In this document: positions 12,500 through 26,677 of the stretch, piece by piece | Position numbering within the stretch: position 1 is the stretch's first letter | Layout of the letters: every line of letters starts with the position of its first letter | Source: Octopus vulgaris | Taxonomy: Eukaryota | Assembly (NCBI GenBank): GCA_951406725.2 | Contig: OX597815.1 | Coordinates: 19,220,001 to 19,284,000 of the forward strand | DNA: 64,000 nucleotides | Direction: 5' to 3' | Position numbers and translations under genes: made by a program | Notes under the pieces: model-generated | Seen by the model: the letters and a program-made list of their open reading frames with translations, nothing else | Databases searched by the model: none | What the model was told of the DNA's origin: nothing

Positions 12500-13060
12500 T
12501 GACTAACCTAGCAATCCATCCGAGCCAGCTTAAGAAGGAGAATGATTTTTGCCTTGCATTGGCAACGGTCATCCGACTGTGTGCAAATAAGCTTCTTTCA
12601 AATACCTGCTGCCTTGTAGATATGCTTTATTGGGAAAAGTCTAAGAGAAAGCTCTCTGAAATTAAACCTGCAGTTAATGTAGCTACCAGTCATCATACAA
12701 TGGCTGCCGCTGGATTCCAGTTACTGATAGTTAGAGAGTGGAAGATGCGTTGTGCAAACGTATATCACTTTAATCCACTGTTGTACAGATTTCTCAGTGA
12801 ATCTGGTTCATCTTGAATCTCGATTAAAGTGTTGTGATGATGGAAGAATGCCAACGTTTGCAGACGTAACCGTTTGAAGGCACACAGTCAAGAATCTACA
12901 CACAAAGCGGTAAGAAACTTATCTCTACCTCGTTGTCATTTTTTCATGGACAAAAATTGCTTCGGTAAAGGTGTCTGTGTCTGATAGGCACTATTTAAAG
13001 GTCTAAAGTGCAACAAAAGCTGCACTGAAAATTGCCTGTCCATTTATGTTGGTTTGTTTA
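12500..13060 (-). mobile_element. Possible very old Tc1-like transposase N-terminal remnant
   Basis: Weak minus-strand traces SRF..SLRNLYNSG and ISES..L...SISTRQ..L.AHSRM resemble the Tc1 HTH/GRP and IS..TV..RL..ARRP..L...R region; heavily frameshifted. Confidence 0.3.
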
Positions 13061-13929
13061 CTACAACTAGCGACAGTTAATCGAAAGGAGCGACAAACAA
13101 AAACTTAACAAAAGAATTTATTTTAAAGAGGAAAATTGTTTTAACATCTGCTGTTGGAAAGTAAGAACCCTTCACAATCATGCGGATTGTCTTGGAAGTT
13201 GAACCATAATAGCTGGTAAAGAACAGCAACGTCTCAACATACATATAGCATCACTCCCAGAAGCTCAGGTTTTGGAGGAAGACCATTTGACAGAAGCTTC
13301 GTCTGAGTTCAAAATATTCTGAACTGGAAAACCAAGGGATATTTGAAGAGGTAGAAGTGTCGAATTTGCTATAAAAGCAAATCGGAAGATTTAGAGCAAC
13401 TGTATACTATATATGATCAATTGATGGAATTGAGAATTCCTCTAGCATGAAGCTGTTATGTCTCTACTCCGTTTGAATTCACCATTTCTTCATGACTCAG
13501 AATAACATTTATGTTTCACTTACCCATGGAAACCTTTTGTTTCTGGGAAATTTTCGCGCTGGCTTTGGTAGACAATTTAAAATTCCACGTGGCCGCCATG
13601 ACATTGTTCATGAGAACAGTAATGGGTTACACATAATTTAACATTGCTCTGTAATTAATTTAAATATTTAAAACATTTTTAGGCACAAATTACGGCATAA
13701 ACTAACGTGAAAACATCCACGATTGATTTTTCTTACTCGAAATTTTGATATTCAAGAGACTTGCTTTCTTCGTGTTTTATGTTGCACAGATTGTAAGGTC
13801 TAAATTCAAATTTCGGATTCCTAAGAAAATTTGCATGAATAGTGCAAAATTATTAAATTGATGTTGATAAGCCTGATAAATCATTTCTGTTAAAACTTAT
13901 ACAAAAGAAGTTCAATGATATCAGTTTTA

Positions 13930-14732
13930 ATGGAGCTTGAAAGAATTTCAATGTTCAAGTATATGATTTGGGTGTCATCATTTTGAGAGTCAAAAGCAAG
14001 ATGCAAAAACGACTGGTGTGATACTAGCAATAATTAAATATGCCAACTGCTGAAAGAAAAACAATCAATTTACGAGATTTTAACGGATGTTAATGCAAAG
14101 AATAAAAAGTCCACTAAACGGCACCATAAGTCACAGAAAGCAACGTTGTAGCAAGACTTGAGAAAAATTAGAAAAATACAAGGCAGTCGCAAATCTCATC
14201 GGATGTTGAACATACAACTAAAAGAAAGGATTCCGAGGCGTAATATGGTTTCCTTAGAGAAGTACTAAGACCTCTGTCATCTGATGTAGTTCTTTTGCAA
14301 TCAAAAATGGACAAAGTTTAAGGACGCAGTTTAAATAATACAACAATGGGAAGTATACTTTTAGGATATGTTTTTAACCTTTCCAGGGTTAACATAGAAA
14401 TGATTAAAGTAATGCTACAAAGACACATGATAACGTACAAATATAACATATCTGAATATTGTGCGATCCTATTAGTAATTAGAAAACTCTAGTGGGTCTA
14501 TTGACCTAGATGCAATACCTATAGAACACTTCAAATCAGGAGGCAATACTACGGAATCTGCAATGGACACGATTACATTTGCTTGCTGAGAAGGATGCGC
14601 GATTTCATACGACTCGATTGATGGTCTACTAGTGTTCGTTCATAAGGGTAAAGGACCTATGTGTAAATGTGACAATTTCCGTGATATCCCTCTGTTAGAA
14701 TCTGTGGGTAATGTCCTACCGAGAGTAATGAA
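13930..14732 (+). mobile_element. RTE (BovB-like) LINE fragment, linker and start of RT
   Basis: KNDWCDTSNN*ICQLLKEK (~QDWFDEN..I..LL.EK), DAIPIEHFKSGG, HKGKG...CDNFRDIPLLESVGNVLPRV (~YK.KGD...C.NYRGISLLS..GK.LARV). Confidence 0.85.
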
Positions 14733-14734
14733 AG

Positions 14735-15233
14735 TAACTGTATCTGCTTCAAACAGAGTCAGAATTTCTCGTAATGTGATAAGCCTGGTGCACTTTGGCT
14801 CAAGTGTCAGAGAACATGGTACCCACTAAGCAGAAGCCTTTGTCATGCCAAGTCCACTGTGCAGATTATTGTCAACTCTCTCGCGGTATATGCTAATAGC
14901 ATTGGCTATTTGATTTATAGTTAATCGCCTATCATCCATCAACATGTGGTGAATGCGATCAATGTTTTCCTCGGTGGTGGCGGTTGCAGAACGTCCAGAA
15001 TTCGGGTCATTTTCTAGACTCTCCCTCTCCATCCTAAATTTAACAGCCCACTTTTGCACAAAAAGTCGCTATTAGCTACATTCGAAATATTCTTTGAACA
15101 GTGAGATGTTAGGTTACCTGGAAATAAAAAATGCAGTTATGAATAAGAACAATCGAAATTAATGCGTACCAGAGTTCACAGCTCTAGTATCAATCCTTCT
15201 CGGTCAGCCTATGGACTTTTAAGACCACCCGCG
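14735..15233 (-). mobile_element. mariner transposon, 5' half with internal deletion
   Basis: QKWAVKFRMERESLENDPNSGRS..TTEENID..H..LMDDRRLTINQIA..GMTKASA*WVPCSLT (second HTH plus WVP(H/R).L motif); TIR-like TA|CGCGGGTGGTCTTAAAAGT at 15235. Confidence 0.9.
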
Positions 15234-18200
15234 TAGGAGCTCTAATCCGTATCCTGTCATCTTACATTTCGTTAACAAGCTTAGATTACTTAATATATAA
15301 AGTAACACTGAGCTTTTCTATTCATTTTCGTTACGTTTATTTTTGCGCTTTCTATTACAAGTTTAAGCAAATTGGCAAAAATAGTCCTTTATATACATAT
15401 ATGTCCTTTATATACATATATGTAGTAATTAGTGAGCTGAAGAAGTGGTGAGTCTCAGTTCACCTCTATCCGAGTATTAAAATAATAACGTGCAATTCAG
15501 TTTTCGTCCGCTTACGGTTTTTTTTTTCGTACATAGTGTATCTAGGAATATATAATATGATTTTCCTTTATAAGATGTTATGATGTCGCACGAGAAATAT
15601 GATGTCGTACAACAATGTTAATTTTCCTCTTCTGGTTTGTTGGCCTTCATTTTTAAAAAATGTAATGCGTATTGTGACGGAAAATGAACCCCTGCTTCGT
15701 CGATGTGTAAAAGATAGTTTCCAGATACGTTGCGTGAGTGATTTTGATTCCCAGTTGAATTCATTTCAGCCTGTATAAAACATGAACGACATAGTACTCC
15801 AGTTTCTACAGAATCAAATATGGAACTAAAAAATCAATATTTTTATTAACTGTTGTTAACAAGGAGGGAAAAATCAAGCAGTGAAAGATTATGCTTAAGA
15901 GGAATATCTTAGGGAATGTGAATTTCCAGCGCAATATCAAAGAAGCTCTGGCTCGAAACAAATCTTTCCGATTTCTATTATATTTGGCCACTTCAATTAT
16001 TTATTAACAGAATAAGATGAAGCTAATAAACTAAGTTATCTATTTCCCTTTTGGTTACGAACAATTAATCTTTCACATCTGATTATTTCTTGTTTGTTGA
16101 TAGCCGAAAGAGTAAATAGCTATTTGTGCTAGATAAAGGGGGTTTTGTCAGTGAATTCATTACCAGAATTGATAAATCTAACAATAAAAAACCACAACAA
16201 TAATATGGATAAGAAGAAAAAGAAGGAATTAGGTAGGGGAGTAAGGGATACGAAATATATGTGTCTTTCTGTACTGTGTATTACCTTACACTCAAAAGCG
16301 GCAATGGCAGATTTCTTTTTATCCAAAAGTTTCATGTTAGAATTGTAAATAGATCAAAGCGAAAAGATGAAAATGTAAAATATAATAACCACTGTAAAAG
16401 GAAGATTAAGACAATGATAAGATATATGGAATGGAAAGAGTAATCTGCCACTTGAACTGTTGAGATGAATATTTCAATTACTTGAAACAAAACACTAAAC
16501 GAAGATAGCAACTGAAGTTTCGTCTTATATCTGTGCACTTCGTGGTAATAATTTCATTGGTGTGATGAAAGTTAATTTGTGCCGTTAAAGGAATTATATT
16601 CATAAAGCCATATTATTGCGAGCCAAAATAAATATAGTACAAATATTTCTGTGGTTTACAATAAAAACAAAAGGTTAAAAAAATTATTCATCAAATTTCA
16701 CGAAAGCAGAGAACCCGAAAAACATTAGAAATCAATAAAATTATCAGAAAATCGAAATGAAGGAAAAGTTTGTATGTGTAAAAAAAAAAAAAAATGTACT
16801 TTAAAGATTCGATTTTTTTTTTATGGCTACTGAATACATCCTTAGAAATGTAATTCAGACGTGTGTGTTTCTTCAAACGTGTGTGTTTCTTCAGAGTTAT
16901 ATATGGTCTGTCAAATGGTATTGCTATCATTAGTTTTCACGTAGACTTAAAACACTAGATTCTGCTCTAGATCAGAATAGTTGTGATGTGTCCGTCTAGA
17001 TATTAGCAAGGTGTCTGCCCGTCTGTAAAATTTATCAAATTATTACTAAGGAGTTGTAAGCATTAACCTAAAGTTATCTGGAGGAGAAGAAAGAGAGATG
17101 AGGGAGAAAAGGGGAGAGAATGGCTGAAAATGAGAGAGAAGTTGTAGCTGTATGAAACTGGCTCTATGGACATGAGTAACCTCATCTGAAATACCCATCT
17201 GACCTAAAACAGTTAAGGGTCATATCAATCAATATATTCCATATATAGTAGAGAATTGATAGTTATTGCGTTCGCATATATGTGTTCTTTTAAAAAGCGA
17301 TCAATAAGACAACATTCCAGAGACATGAAGCCTGAAACACAGATATTACATGAACACAGAATTAACTGAATATTATTCGGTTGCAATTATTGCGAGACAT
17401 ACGGACTTGATTTTACTTTCTTCAGTATGTCATAGATTGGGTTGTATAACAGACACATCTAATGAATAATAGTAATATTAGTAGAAACAGACAGTAGCAG
17501 AAACAATGCATATTGGTCTAACTTTATGTGTTAAGAAGTATTAGTTAAACTAGCTGTATCATCGATTGCTACCGTTTGTAGATTTTGGACGTCGAATATT
17601 GTTATTTCTCTTTTTAAAATTTACTCGTACTCACCCACCTATCTCATTCACCTCCCTTATTTAAATCTATCTAAATATGTGTGTATATGCATAAATGTGT
17701 TTCTATCTGCCAATGTATTGATTTCTTCCACCTGTATACATCACTGTACTTATATTAGTGGTTTCTCTGAAAAACTACACTTTCATCTTTCCATATTTTC
17801 TCAATATTTCACTAATGTTCTGTTTGAGGCGTCTCTCAACTTTTCCCAAAACAGCAATACCCATGACAGAATTCTAAACTGGTTACTAAAATAATTGATT
17901 AATAATGAAGCTACTTGGCAAAAATCCAAACTGTTCAATATTGTAGTCGTCATCGTAAATAGTATATTTCGGGTCAATATTGCAATAATCTTGTTAAAAT
18001 TTCATTTCAATTTTCCCTTTTAATTTTCAATATAAATTATCGAATAAATTTAATGAAATATTATATGAATTCCGTCTATCATACAGCAGAAGGGGATTTA
18101 ATAATACTCAATTTAGACGACAGGAGAAAAAGTAGGGGCATATACAAGTATGTTACAACATAACTGTTTAAATTAATACATACATATATATATATATAAG

Positions 18201-18607
18201 TGTGAAAACAATAGTAAAGTTGATTGAGTGAACCTTTGAAAATGATTTCAACTAATCGAGAGTAAATGGCTTCATAGGAAAACGAGATGGGTGCCAAACT
18301 AACTTTGCACGTCGAATTATTCTGTCAATTCTGTCAATCAGAAAAAGCAGACAAAAAGCTATAGAAAAATGGTAGATAGACAGATATAAACATATTATAG
18401 TTGGCATACAAATATGACTATTAAGGGATCAGGATCTGTGTTTTGTTTGGTTTTCTTTTGTTTTCTTAAAAATAGATTTCAGAAAAGTGTAATCAATTAT
18501 CAATATTATTAGTTTGCCATGAGGTATTTTTATTCCCTGATCAAGAGCCATGACCATTAGTAAATTTAGATGCTAAAGACAGTCTTTGACAGCCTATAAC
18601 TTATTTT

Positions 18608-18683
18608 ACTTGCACACTTTCGCTCGCTGGCTATCCCCTCGTTCGCCACCTTCTGTCTTTCTCTCTCTATCGCTACTACAACA
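18608..18683 (+). repeat. ~75-bp dispersed repeat, second copy at 21967-22039
   Basis: acttgc(a/g)cactttcgctcgct(g/c)gctatcccctcgtt(c/t)gccacc..tgtctttctctctctatcgctactacaaca occurs in both places. Confidence 0.85.
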
Positions 18684-20500
18684 ATCTTTGTTCCTCAACT
18701 GGAGACAGCTGCATACTTTCCCAACTCAGACCATTTCCTCCCAGTCTCATACTTAAACATGCGCTCAATACTTCCTTACTAGTATAGTAAGCTTCTTAAA
18801 TCCCTCAACGCCCAACTATTTCATGAAAATAATGGCCAATAGTTATTCAAGCTTAATATCGATTATATCACTCTCGGTTTATGAGAGGGTTTGTAAATTT
18901 CGTGAACACTAACTCCTAGCCAACGTTTAACCTCGCCACTTGGTACACTAATTTGCTCCATGTGTATTTTTTCTAGTATAGGCATGATAATATATAGAGA
19001 GATAAGAATGAGCAAAAAGATATGAGAGAATAAGTGGCTGATGAACAATCATTGAGGCTATATAAATGTGCCAATGTGAGGAGATATGTTTAATTAATTT
19101 TAAAGTAATGCGGTTTTACCATCATGTTTGTGGTATCGAATCTCTTTTATAAACACAAGTCAGAGAGAAAGCCTTTCAATAATCACTAGACCGACTAGAA
19201 ATAAACGACCAAATCTTCTGCAAACCATAATTCAGCTTCTTAGAAAAACATATAGCATTATAGAAATCTGGGGTTTCCTGTGCATAGGATAAAGATTGGA
19301 TGGTCACGGCTATATCATCATTGACCATGGATACTAAACAACAATATCAACACTATCCACAATTATGTTATAAAGATAAATTGGTGATGGTTATGGAATT
19401 ACAGTGTCTGAAAACAGTACGAAGTAGTCTTGGCTAGAATATTCTGAAGAAACGTATCCTAGGTCAGGACAGATTTGGGAATCAAATTAATTCGAATATG
19501 TCACATAAGTAACTTCTACAACTGCTTCTCGGCCTTTTTTCGCATTGTGGGGTGTTTATATATGATATTAAAAAAATACTGGTGCAATTCGCTTAGACAT
19601 TTTTAAAAAACGGTTTTAACGCTAAAAATATTACAAAATCATGTAGAAAAGTGTTGATTATTTTGTTTTATTAATAATGGTTGCGTGTAACACAATTATG
19701 AACGGCACGTTTTTTCCAAGACACTCAAAGATCATTATGAATTTTTTAAAAGCGCAAAAAACTTCTTTTTGTTTTTAATCCGTGGGGCACTTAAGTATCC
19801 ATTACGGTGAATTGTTCGGGAACAAACCAATATTCTATGCTCTCATTTAACCTGCCTAGAAACAGCAGTCAACTTCCAACCAAATCACAAGTAGGAAGAA
19901 TTTTAGTTCGAAAACCAGCATATTGGTTAACTCAATGTCGATCAAATCATATAAAAACTTTCCCTGGTTTAACCTAGGGTTAAGCAATAGCAAATTCTTC
20001 CGACATATCACTCAAAATAATGGCAAATAGATAACATTAGAGATTAGGTAGGCTTCAGTTGGTATATTTATATCTACATATTTAATATCTCTCTCCCTCT
20101 GTATGTGTGTGTGTGTGTGCATATGTGTTCGTATTTCCATACGTATATGCATATACATGTATGTATATACGCATGCATAGGTGTAATATGTTTATGTATG
20201 TTTGTATATATGTATATACATACAGTGAGAGAAAAATCGTTATAAAACCGATATAGCGCTTCTAAAATAATGACGTACATACTAAAGATATAGAATTAGA
20301 TATGTATTAGTAACATTCCACAGACATGAAGAAGAAAATACGTCCGTTTCAGAATTTATGAAGCAAAAACTCTTATGCTTAATATTTATTTTTTAAATAT
20401 TCGATGCGAAATGATGTCAGAAAGCTACAAACAGAACCAGCCAGTAGGTACACTTATAAACAGAAGAGAGAAGACTGAACATTTAGGAACATACTACAAT

Positions 20501-20798
20501 CACCGTGATCACCGTGATCGACCAGGCTATCAGATGTTGCTACATACCGCTGGTCACAATGCGATTCGCATTGTTTTAGCCTTTAAATGACGCCACCCCG
20601 CTGGCTAAGCGAGCAGGCCAACAGAAGAAAAGAGTGACAGAAAGTTGTGGCGAAAGAGTATAACAGGGATCGCCACCACCACCCTGCCGGAGCCTCATGG
20701 ATCTTTAGGTGTTTTCGCTCAATAAACACTCAGAACACCCGGTCGGGGAATCGAATCCGCGATCTTACGACCTAACCGCTGGGCCATTGCGCCTCCAT
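20501..20798 (-). mobile_element. tRNA-derived SINE (family S2) with 12-bp target-site duplication
   Basis: Head ggaggcgcaatggcccagcggttagg..ggattcgattcccc; tail (atcacggtg)2; flanked by acatactacaat at 20489-20500 and 20799-20810. Confidence 0.9.
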
Positions 20799-20937
20799 AC
20801 ATACTACAATAATGTATCAAAAACAGAATAGTGTCAATTTTCATTTGTGGGCATTTCGTAGCCCTAACAAAAGACTGCATAAAAGAGTTTTGTTTGAAAA
20901 ATATATTTAACAAAATGGCTGAACTATGTATTCTGAA

Positions 20938-21003
<66 letters not shown>

Positions 21004-21602
21004 ATAAGCAAGCTCTCTTTTACGTTAGTTATGTTACCATATTTAATGCAGGGTTCATGAAGAAGTTAATTAGAAATAATTATACAAAGAAGAAAACAAC
21101 AGAATTAGTCACCGCATAGAATTAATTTAATTATTTCAGCAAGTACGGGAGAGAACCTCTTTTTTATGAGAAAAAATAGGTTGAAACAGAAACTGAAGTA
21201 ATTATTGCTTTAAATAAAAGAGTGCTGTGCATGTGTTAAGAACACTTGTCAAATTAATCATATTGAATCGTCAGTAGTTGATTGCTTTAGATACGAAGAA
21301 TCTACCCTACTAGCAGATCAATTCTTCTAATAATGAATGCTTGTTAAGTCAGTGATGCACCACAAAATATATCTGTATTTTTCATTTGGTCACATTTTGT
21401 CATTTATGATTTTAGAATCGAAAATAAACGATTATCTAGAGACAAAATAGCTCAAGTATATGGGGATTATCAGGGCAGCTACTGGAAGCCAGCTTATATA
21501 AACACTCCCGCACACACGCACACATATGTATATATGTACACACATATATACATGTATACATATATACATATATATGTACACACGCACGGACACACACAGA
21601 CA

Positions 21603-21675
<73 letters not shown>

Positions 21676-21680
<5 letters not shown>

Positions 21681-21892
21681 TTCATAGGATATTATATCAT
21701 AATATATAATTCACAGGTAAAAATTTAAAATGGAAAGATATTTTACACCGACTTAGACAAATCCCAAATTAGTTGGATTAATCTAACCGAATTTATTTGG
21801 GGTTTGTCCGGGTCGATGTAAAATATCTCTTCTGTTTAAAGTTTTATCTGATGATGGTGGATTCTATGTAATGACGTAATCTATGAATGCAT
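21676..21892. mobile_element. Foldback MITE-like element (~217 bp)
   Basis: Ends atgcattcatag / ctatgaatgcat; inner arms agatattttacaccgacttagacaaatcccaaat / atttggggtttgtccgggtcgatgtaaaatatct; TA-rich flanks. Confidence 0.75.
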
Positions 21893-22250
21893 TAATAAAA
21901 TTCTACTGCAATAGCTGTCATGAATTTTAAATACCATTTTTGCTTACATTTTATATCTAATATGTCACTTGCGCACTTTCGCTCGCTCGCTATCCCCTCG
22001 TTTGCCACCTGTCTTTCTCTCTCTATCGCTACTACAACACTTGCACTTGGTATATGTATATCTATTTCAATATGTATATCTATATCAATTGCACTTGGTA
22101 TATGTATATCTATTTCATCCTATCAATACTTGATGTTTTCAATGTTGTTTACGTCAATATGAGCCCTATGTTACCGTAGCCATTTCTGGCGTCTTCGTGT
22201 TGACGTACCTTGTTTCTAAAGAATCCTTAAAATAAAATTATATATATATA

Positions 22251-22440
22251 GGGAGACTTTACGAAAAAAACAAAAGACGAAGACAGGTGCTGTACAAAAC
22301 AAACAGATGTATTAGTATAACGCTCAGGAATAGAAAAAGTCTTTTACGTTTCGAGCCTACTCTCTTCTACAGAAAGGGACACAGAAAAAACAAGGAGAGA
22401 AACAAGGAGAGAAAAAATGTGTGTAGTGGCTAACAATCTC
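22251..22440 (-). mobile_element. Short PLE-pLTR-like element, family D copy 1 (HHR-like motif 22341-22376)
   Basis: Homologous to 28193-28320, 52103-52285 and 54508-54660; 3' end abuts (TA)n; minus strand CUUU-CUGUAGA-A-GAGA(GUAG)GCUC-GAAACGUA-AAAG. Confidence 0.7.
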
Positions 22441-22466
22441 TCTCCCTCACTCTCCCTATCTTTCCC

Positions 22467-22524
<58 letters not shown>

Positions 22525-23765
22525 GCAACTTATCTGCCCAGTACTGCCCTCAATAGGAAATACCGAAGATAGATAAACCTAGGCAGATTGAAAGCCGTAG
22601 CTTTAGCTAAAAACAGTCAATATCAGTTACTGGGCGTTTTTACACCTTTTGCTATAGGACAGATTTTTTTTGTCCGCAGTAACTGTTAAAATACGTCACA
22701 AACCCATGGTAACTAATCTAAAGTTCATTCATTCCTCTTCACCGCCAGGCAATAATGCTGCTATTTCTAATTCGACCTGGTGGTCCACTAGCGCAACTCA
22801 GTCACTGACGTTAAGTGGTTTTAGTTTATGCTATGGCTTTGAATCTGCCCAGGTTTATCTCTCATCGGTAGAAACTAAATATCCAGAAACGCGCGTCTGG
22901 GGATCCGCAAGAGAGAGGCATTGGGCAGTTATGTTATTTTTACATCTTTTATCATAACAGAGATTCTTTCGCCATAGTAACTGCAGTGAGATTGACTTTA
23001 TATATATAACAATGATATTTTTCATGGTTCGCTTAATCTTGTAGGCAAGATTTATTTGTCTTATCTTACTTGAAACGTCATCTGCGGTATAATATACCAG
23101 ACCGTATGGTCAAAAGGTCACCCGATATATAAGCAAACACATGCTCACAAACTTTATTTTCCGACTGATTGTAACTGGCTTCTTTTGTTGCCCTACCTTT
23201 GATTTCTCTGAAGTAGTAAACCAAGTATCAGTCAGCAAATAAATGATTAAGAAAAAAATCATTTTGCGTACATTTTGCGTACATTTGATCGTATCAAATT
23301 TATGATCACATTTTAAGACCTGTAGTTAACACTGTTCAATAGTTCAGCCTCAGATTTTTTATCCATGTACGATTACTACATTGATAAATCGTATTTGTAA
23401 TACGAAGGAATATATAAGCTATAATTCCACAGACCTCGAAAGGCTGAAATAATTGGATTTGTCTGAAAAATCTTGTCCAAAGACAGAAAGTATCATACAA
23501 AAGGCTCCAAATTCCAAAAGACACAGATAGAATTTCAAGATGATTATCAACAGCTTGGATCTTAGGATCTCAGAATCCTGTGGAAGTTACAACGACTATA
23601 GGCACTTATATTAGATAAAATATAAATAAAATATAAATGAAATAGATAAAATATAAGTGTAAATAACGGACAGAGACAAGACTATTGAAAAGGTTGCAAG
23701 ACGCAACGAACATTTTAGGAAAATAAAAATAGGAAAATAGTGGAAATTTTACCGGCAAGTAAACT

Positions 23766-23910
23766 ATGCTGGTGTGTTTACGTCTCCGTAACTTAGCGGT
23801 TCGGTAAAAAGAGACAAAGAATAAGTCCTGGGGTCGATTTGCTCGACTAAAGGCGGTGCTCCAGCATGGCCGCAGTCAAATGACTGAAACAAGTAAAAAT
23901 AGTAAAAGAG
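23766..23910 (+). mobile_element. SINE family S1, 3' half
   Basis: Matches 29586-29745, with an internal deletion. Confidence 0.9.
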
Positions 23911-24884
23911 TATATGTTTCTTTCTTAACCAATCTCATTAGATTATCTTTGACATTCTGCTAGACTAAATATTCAATTTTAATATCACTTAGACAGGTCC
24001 TGAAATAGTTTCGCAGCAAAATTTACCATTGATTATTATGATTAAGAAGAACCCACTGACCAAAAAAAAAAGCAAAAAAAAAAAACAAAAACAGACTGGT
24101 GTTCTCGTGACGAATAAAGAAATACGTTCATAGTCTGGAAGACAACTGTATATAATGAGCGAAATCTGTGAGCTTAAATTGTAGAAAGTTTCCTCTATGA
24201 GTCAATGGGAGATGACAGAAAACTGCACCTGTGATCTTCGTATACAAATCAGCTGGGCTAGCATCGAATGACATCCCTCTTTCACAGTAAATCAATAGGT
24301 TTAATCATCTGCTGATGGATGTCTTAGTAAGACACGTTAAAATCTGACTTCATTCTGCTTACGTGCGATAGATTAAATAACTAGAAAGAAAAAAGAAATA
24401 CATTTTCGCAATGATGAGATATTCTCCGAAAAATAATAACAGTTCTACCGATGGACTAATACAAGTGAGGAGTAAAAAAAAAATAAAAGAACACTAGAAA
24501 GGAGATTCCATTTTTTGTTCTATTTCAAATATTTCACTATTTCTATGACATTCAATATTGCTCATGCTTCGATATTTTATATACATCGCAGATTCAATAG
24601 CAATCAATGGCTTCTGCTAATGCAATGGTATTCACTATTTCGACATTAGTCAAATGTTCGATATTTTTTTTTTTCATTATAATCGAATATTTCAATTACA
24701 TTCATTTATCTGTGTTACTTCAGCATTTTAATGCTGTTCACCACTTCCAGGCTAGTCTGTAATTCGAACTGATTATTGTCAGAAAAAAATTTTCAATGTT
24801 TTATATTGCGAAGGGGAAAGGATAGTAATAAATATAATGTTATCTTTAAGTTGATGTATTATCTACAAAATAATAATAATAATG

Positions 24885-25290
24885 ATATTTCCCAACTTAG
24901 GCAAAGGGCCAGAAAACTTAAGGTTGATAGAACAGTGGATTGTATCGACTCTAGTAGATTACTGGTACTTATTTCATCGACTTGAAAGAATTCTACAATC
25001 CACCACCCTAAGAATGTCAATAAATTTTTAAATAGATATAGAGCCAGAAAGTTGACTTCGGAAAGATTTGAACACAGGACTTAAAGAGCCAGAAAATTAT
25101 AAATATGACCTAACACTTCTGCCAGTAAACTGCAGTCAGTGATAAATGTTTCAAATTTTGGCACAGGACCAGCAATGTTGTGGGAGGAGGTAAGTCGAAT
25201 ACATCGACTCCAGTACTCATCTCATACTTATTTTGTCAACCCCGACAGGATGAAAAGCGCCTAACGTTTTGCCCGGTGTACTTCCCTCAG
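24885..25290 (-). mobile_element. Two decayed SINE family S3 copies
   Basis: Homologous to 26178-26389 (gcacaaggcc, gtcgattacatcgac, ggatgaaaag, atttgaacac). Confidence 0.7.
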
Positions 25291-25659
25291 TAATAATAGC
25301 ACTGGTTGGTTTCTTTGGCTACACACGTCATTGGTATTTATATACATAAACGTAGTGCTTTTATCTCAGAAAGTACAAAGGTGACGTTAGACGAATTTGA
25401 ACATGAAAATTATGATCACGAAGAAGGAAAAATAAACATACTGGAAAAATAAATACAAAAACAAAAGTTATTGGAAATAGTTTAGAAACAGGTAAAAGCA
25501 AACCTCCTTAATATTTAAAGAATTGATCAGAAACAGACAGCTTTACAAACAGAAAGTAAGTAGCAGTGACGAAAGCGTTTTAGAAACAAAAATCATTTAC
25601 AATCAATCAACAGCGACGTATCCCAATTGAATTGTTGGATTAAAGCTGTAATCTGTATA

Positions 25660-26130
25660 GAAACGAATAATTCATTCTGGTGCGTTTATACTTGCAGCGC
25701 AAGATGAATGTTAACCTATGTGACTTAGTTAAAATAACATCCATAACAAAGTAGATTCACTTCTCACATTAGAAGGTGCTAATGATGAGTAAATGGAACA
25801 AGACTTAACGCTAAACATTTAATACTGTATTTGGTTTCATAGTAAGTAGCAAAATATCTAATAGAAAATGTTGGTTCTGAGCATCGCCACAGACAGCTGA
25901 AGAGGTGCAAAAAATCGTGTTAACTGGAACGGCTCATGTCCTGAGAAGAGCATTGTCGCTGTGAAAACAACATCCATTCATGAATATATTTATTTATTAA
26001 TTTTTTAGATACATTTTTTACCTGTGAATTTGCGTGTGTAATCTGGGAATGCATACAATGAGCTTCTCTGCCCTAGGTGCACGGAAAACACTCAGCGAGA
26101 AACGGAAGAAAATTTGAAGAAAGAAGGAAA
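25660..26130 (+). mobile_element. R4/Dong-like (RLE) non-LTR retrotransposon 3' remnant followed by (TAA)n
   Basis: GAFILAAQDE (~EGFILAAQDQ) and C-terminal EEVQKIVLTGTAHVLRRALSL*; the 3' UTR runs into the (TAA)n array at 26131-26176, the known target type of Dong. May extend upstream to ~25350. Confidence 0.75.
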
Positions 26131-26177
26131 TAATAATGATAATAATGATAATAATAATAATAATAATAATAATAATT

Positions 26178-26389
26178 CTTTCTATTGGAAGCACAAGGCC
26201 TCAAATTTGGGAGGAGGGATTAAGTCGATTACATCGATCCCAACGCGCAACTGGTACCTACCTAATTGACTCCGAAAGGATGAAAAGCAAAGTCGACTTT
26301 GGCAGAATTTGAACACAGAACGTAACGATGGGGTAAATATCGCTAAGCATTTCGTCCAGCGCGCTAACGATTCTGTCAGCTTACCGCCT
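26178..26389 (-). mobile_element. tRNA-derived SINE family S3 (Nin/Deu-like core) between (TAA)n tracts; partial copy at 26466-26529
   Basis: Minus strand ggcggtaagctgacagaatcgttagc...gttcaaattctgcc..gtcgactttgcttttcatcctttcggagtc..gtaccag. Confidence 0.85.
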
Positions 26390-26396
26390 AATAATG

Positions 26397-26450
<54 letters not shown>

Positions 26451-26677
26451 TCAACGATGATGATAACGAACGTAAAGACGGACGAAATGCCGCTAAGCAT
26501 TTTGCCCAGTGTGCTAAGAATTCTGCCACATAAACTGAAATAATAGCTAAAAGAAAAAGAAACAGCATTCCATTCTCAAATTTATGGGAAATCTAAAGAA
26601 TGACAGAGCAACATTTCCGATCTGAGTTTAAAATTAGTTTAAAGACTTAATGAAACCCGAAATTTTTAAAAAATAGT

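Noticed and set aside
20730-20798. tRNA-like sequences (also at 9800-9872, 29105-29175, 33115-33189)
   Set aside because: These are SINE heads: incomplete cloverleaf and continuous with repeat bodies.
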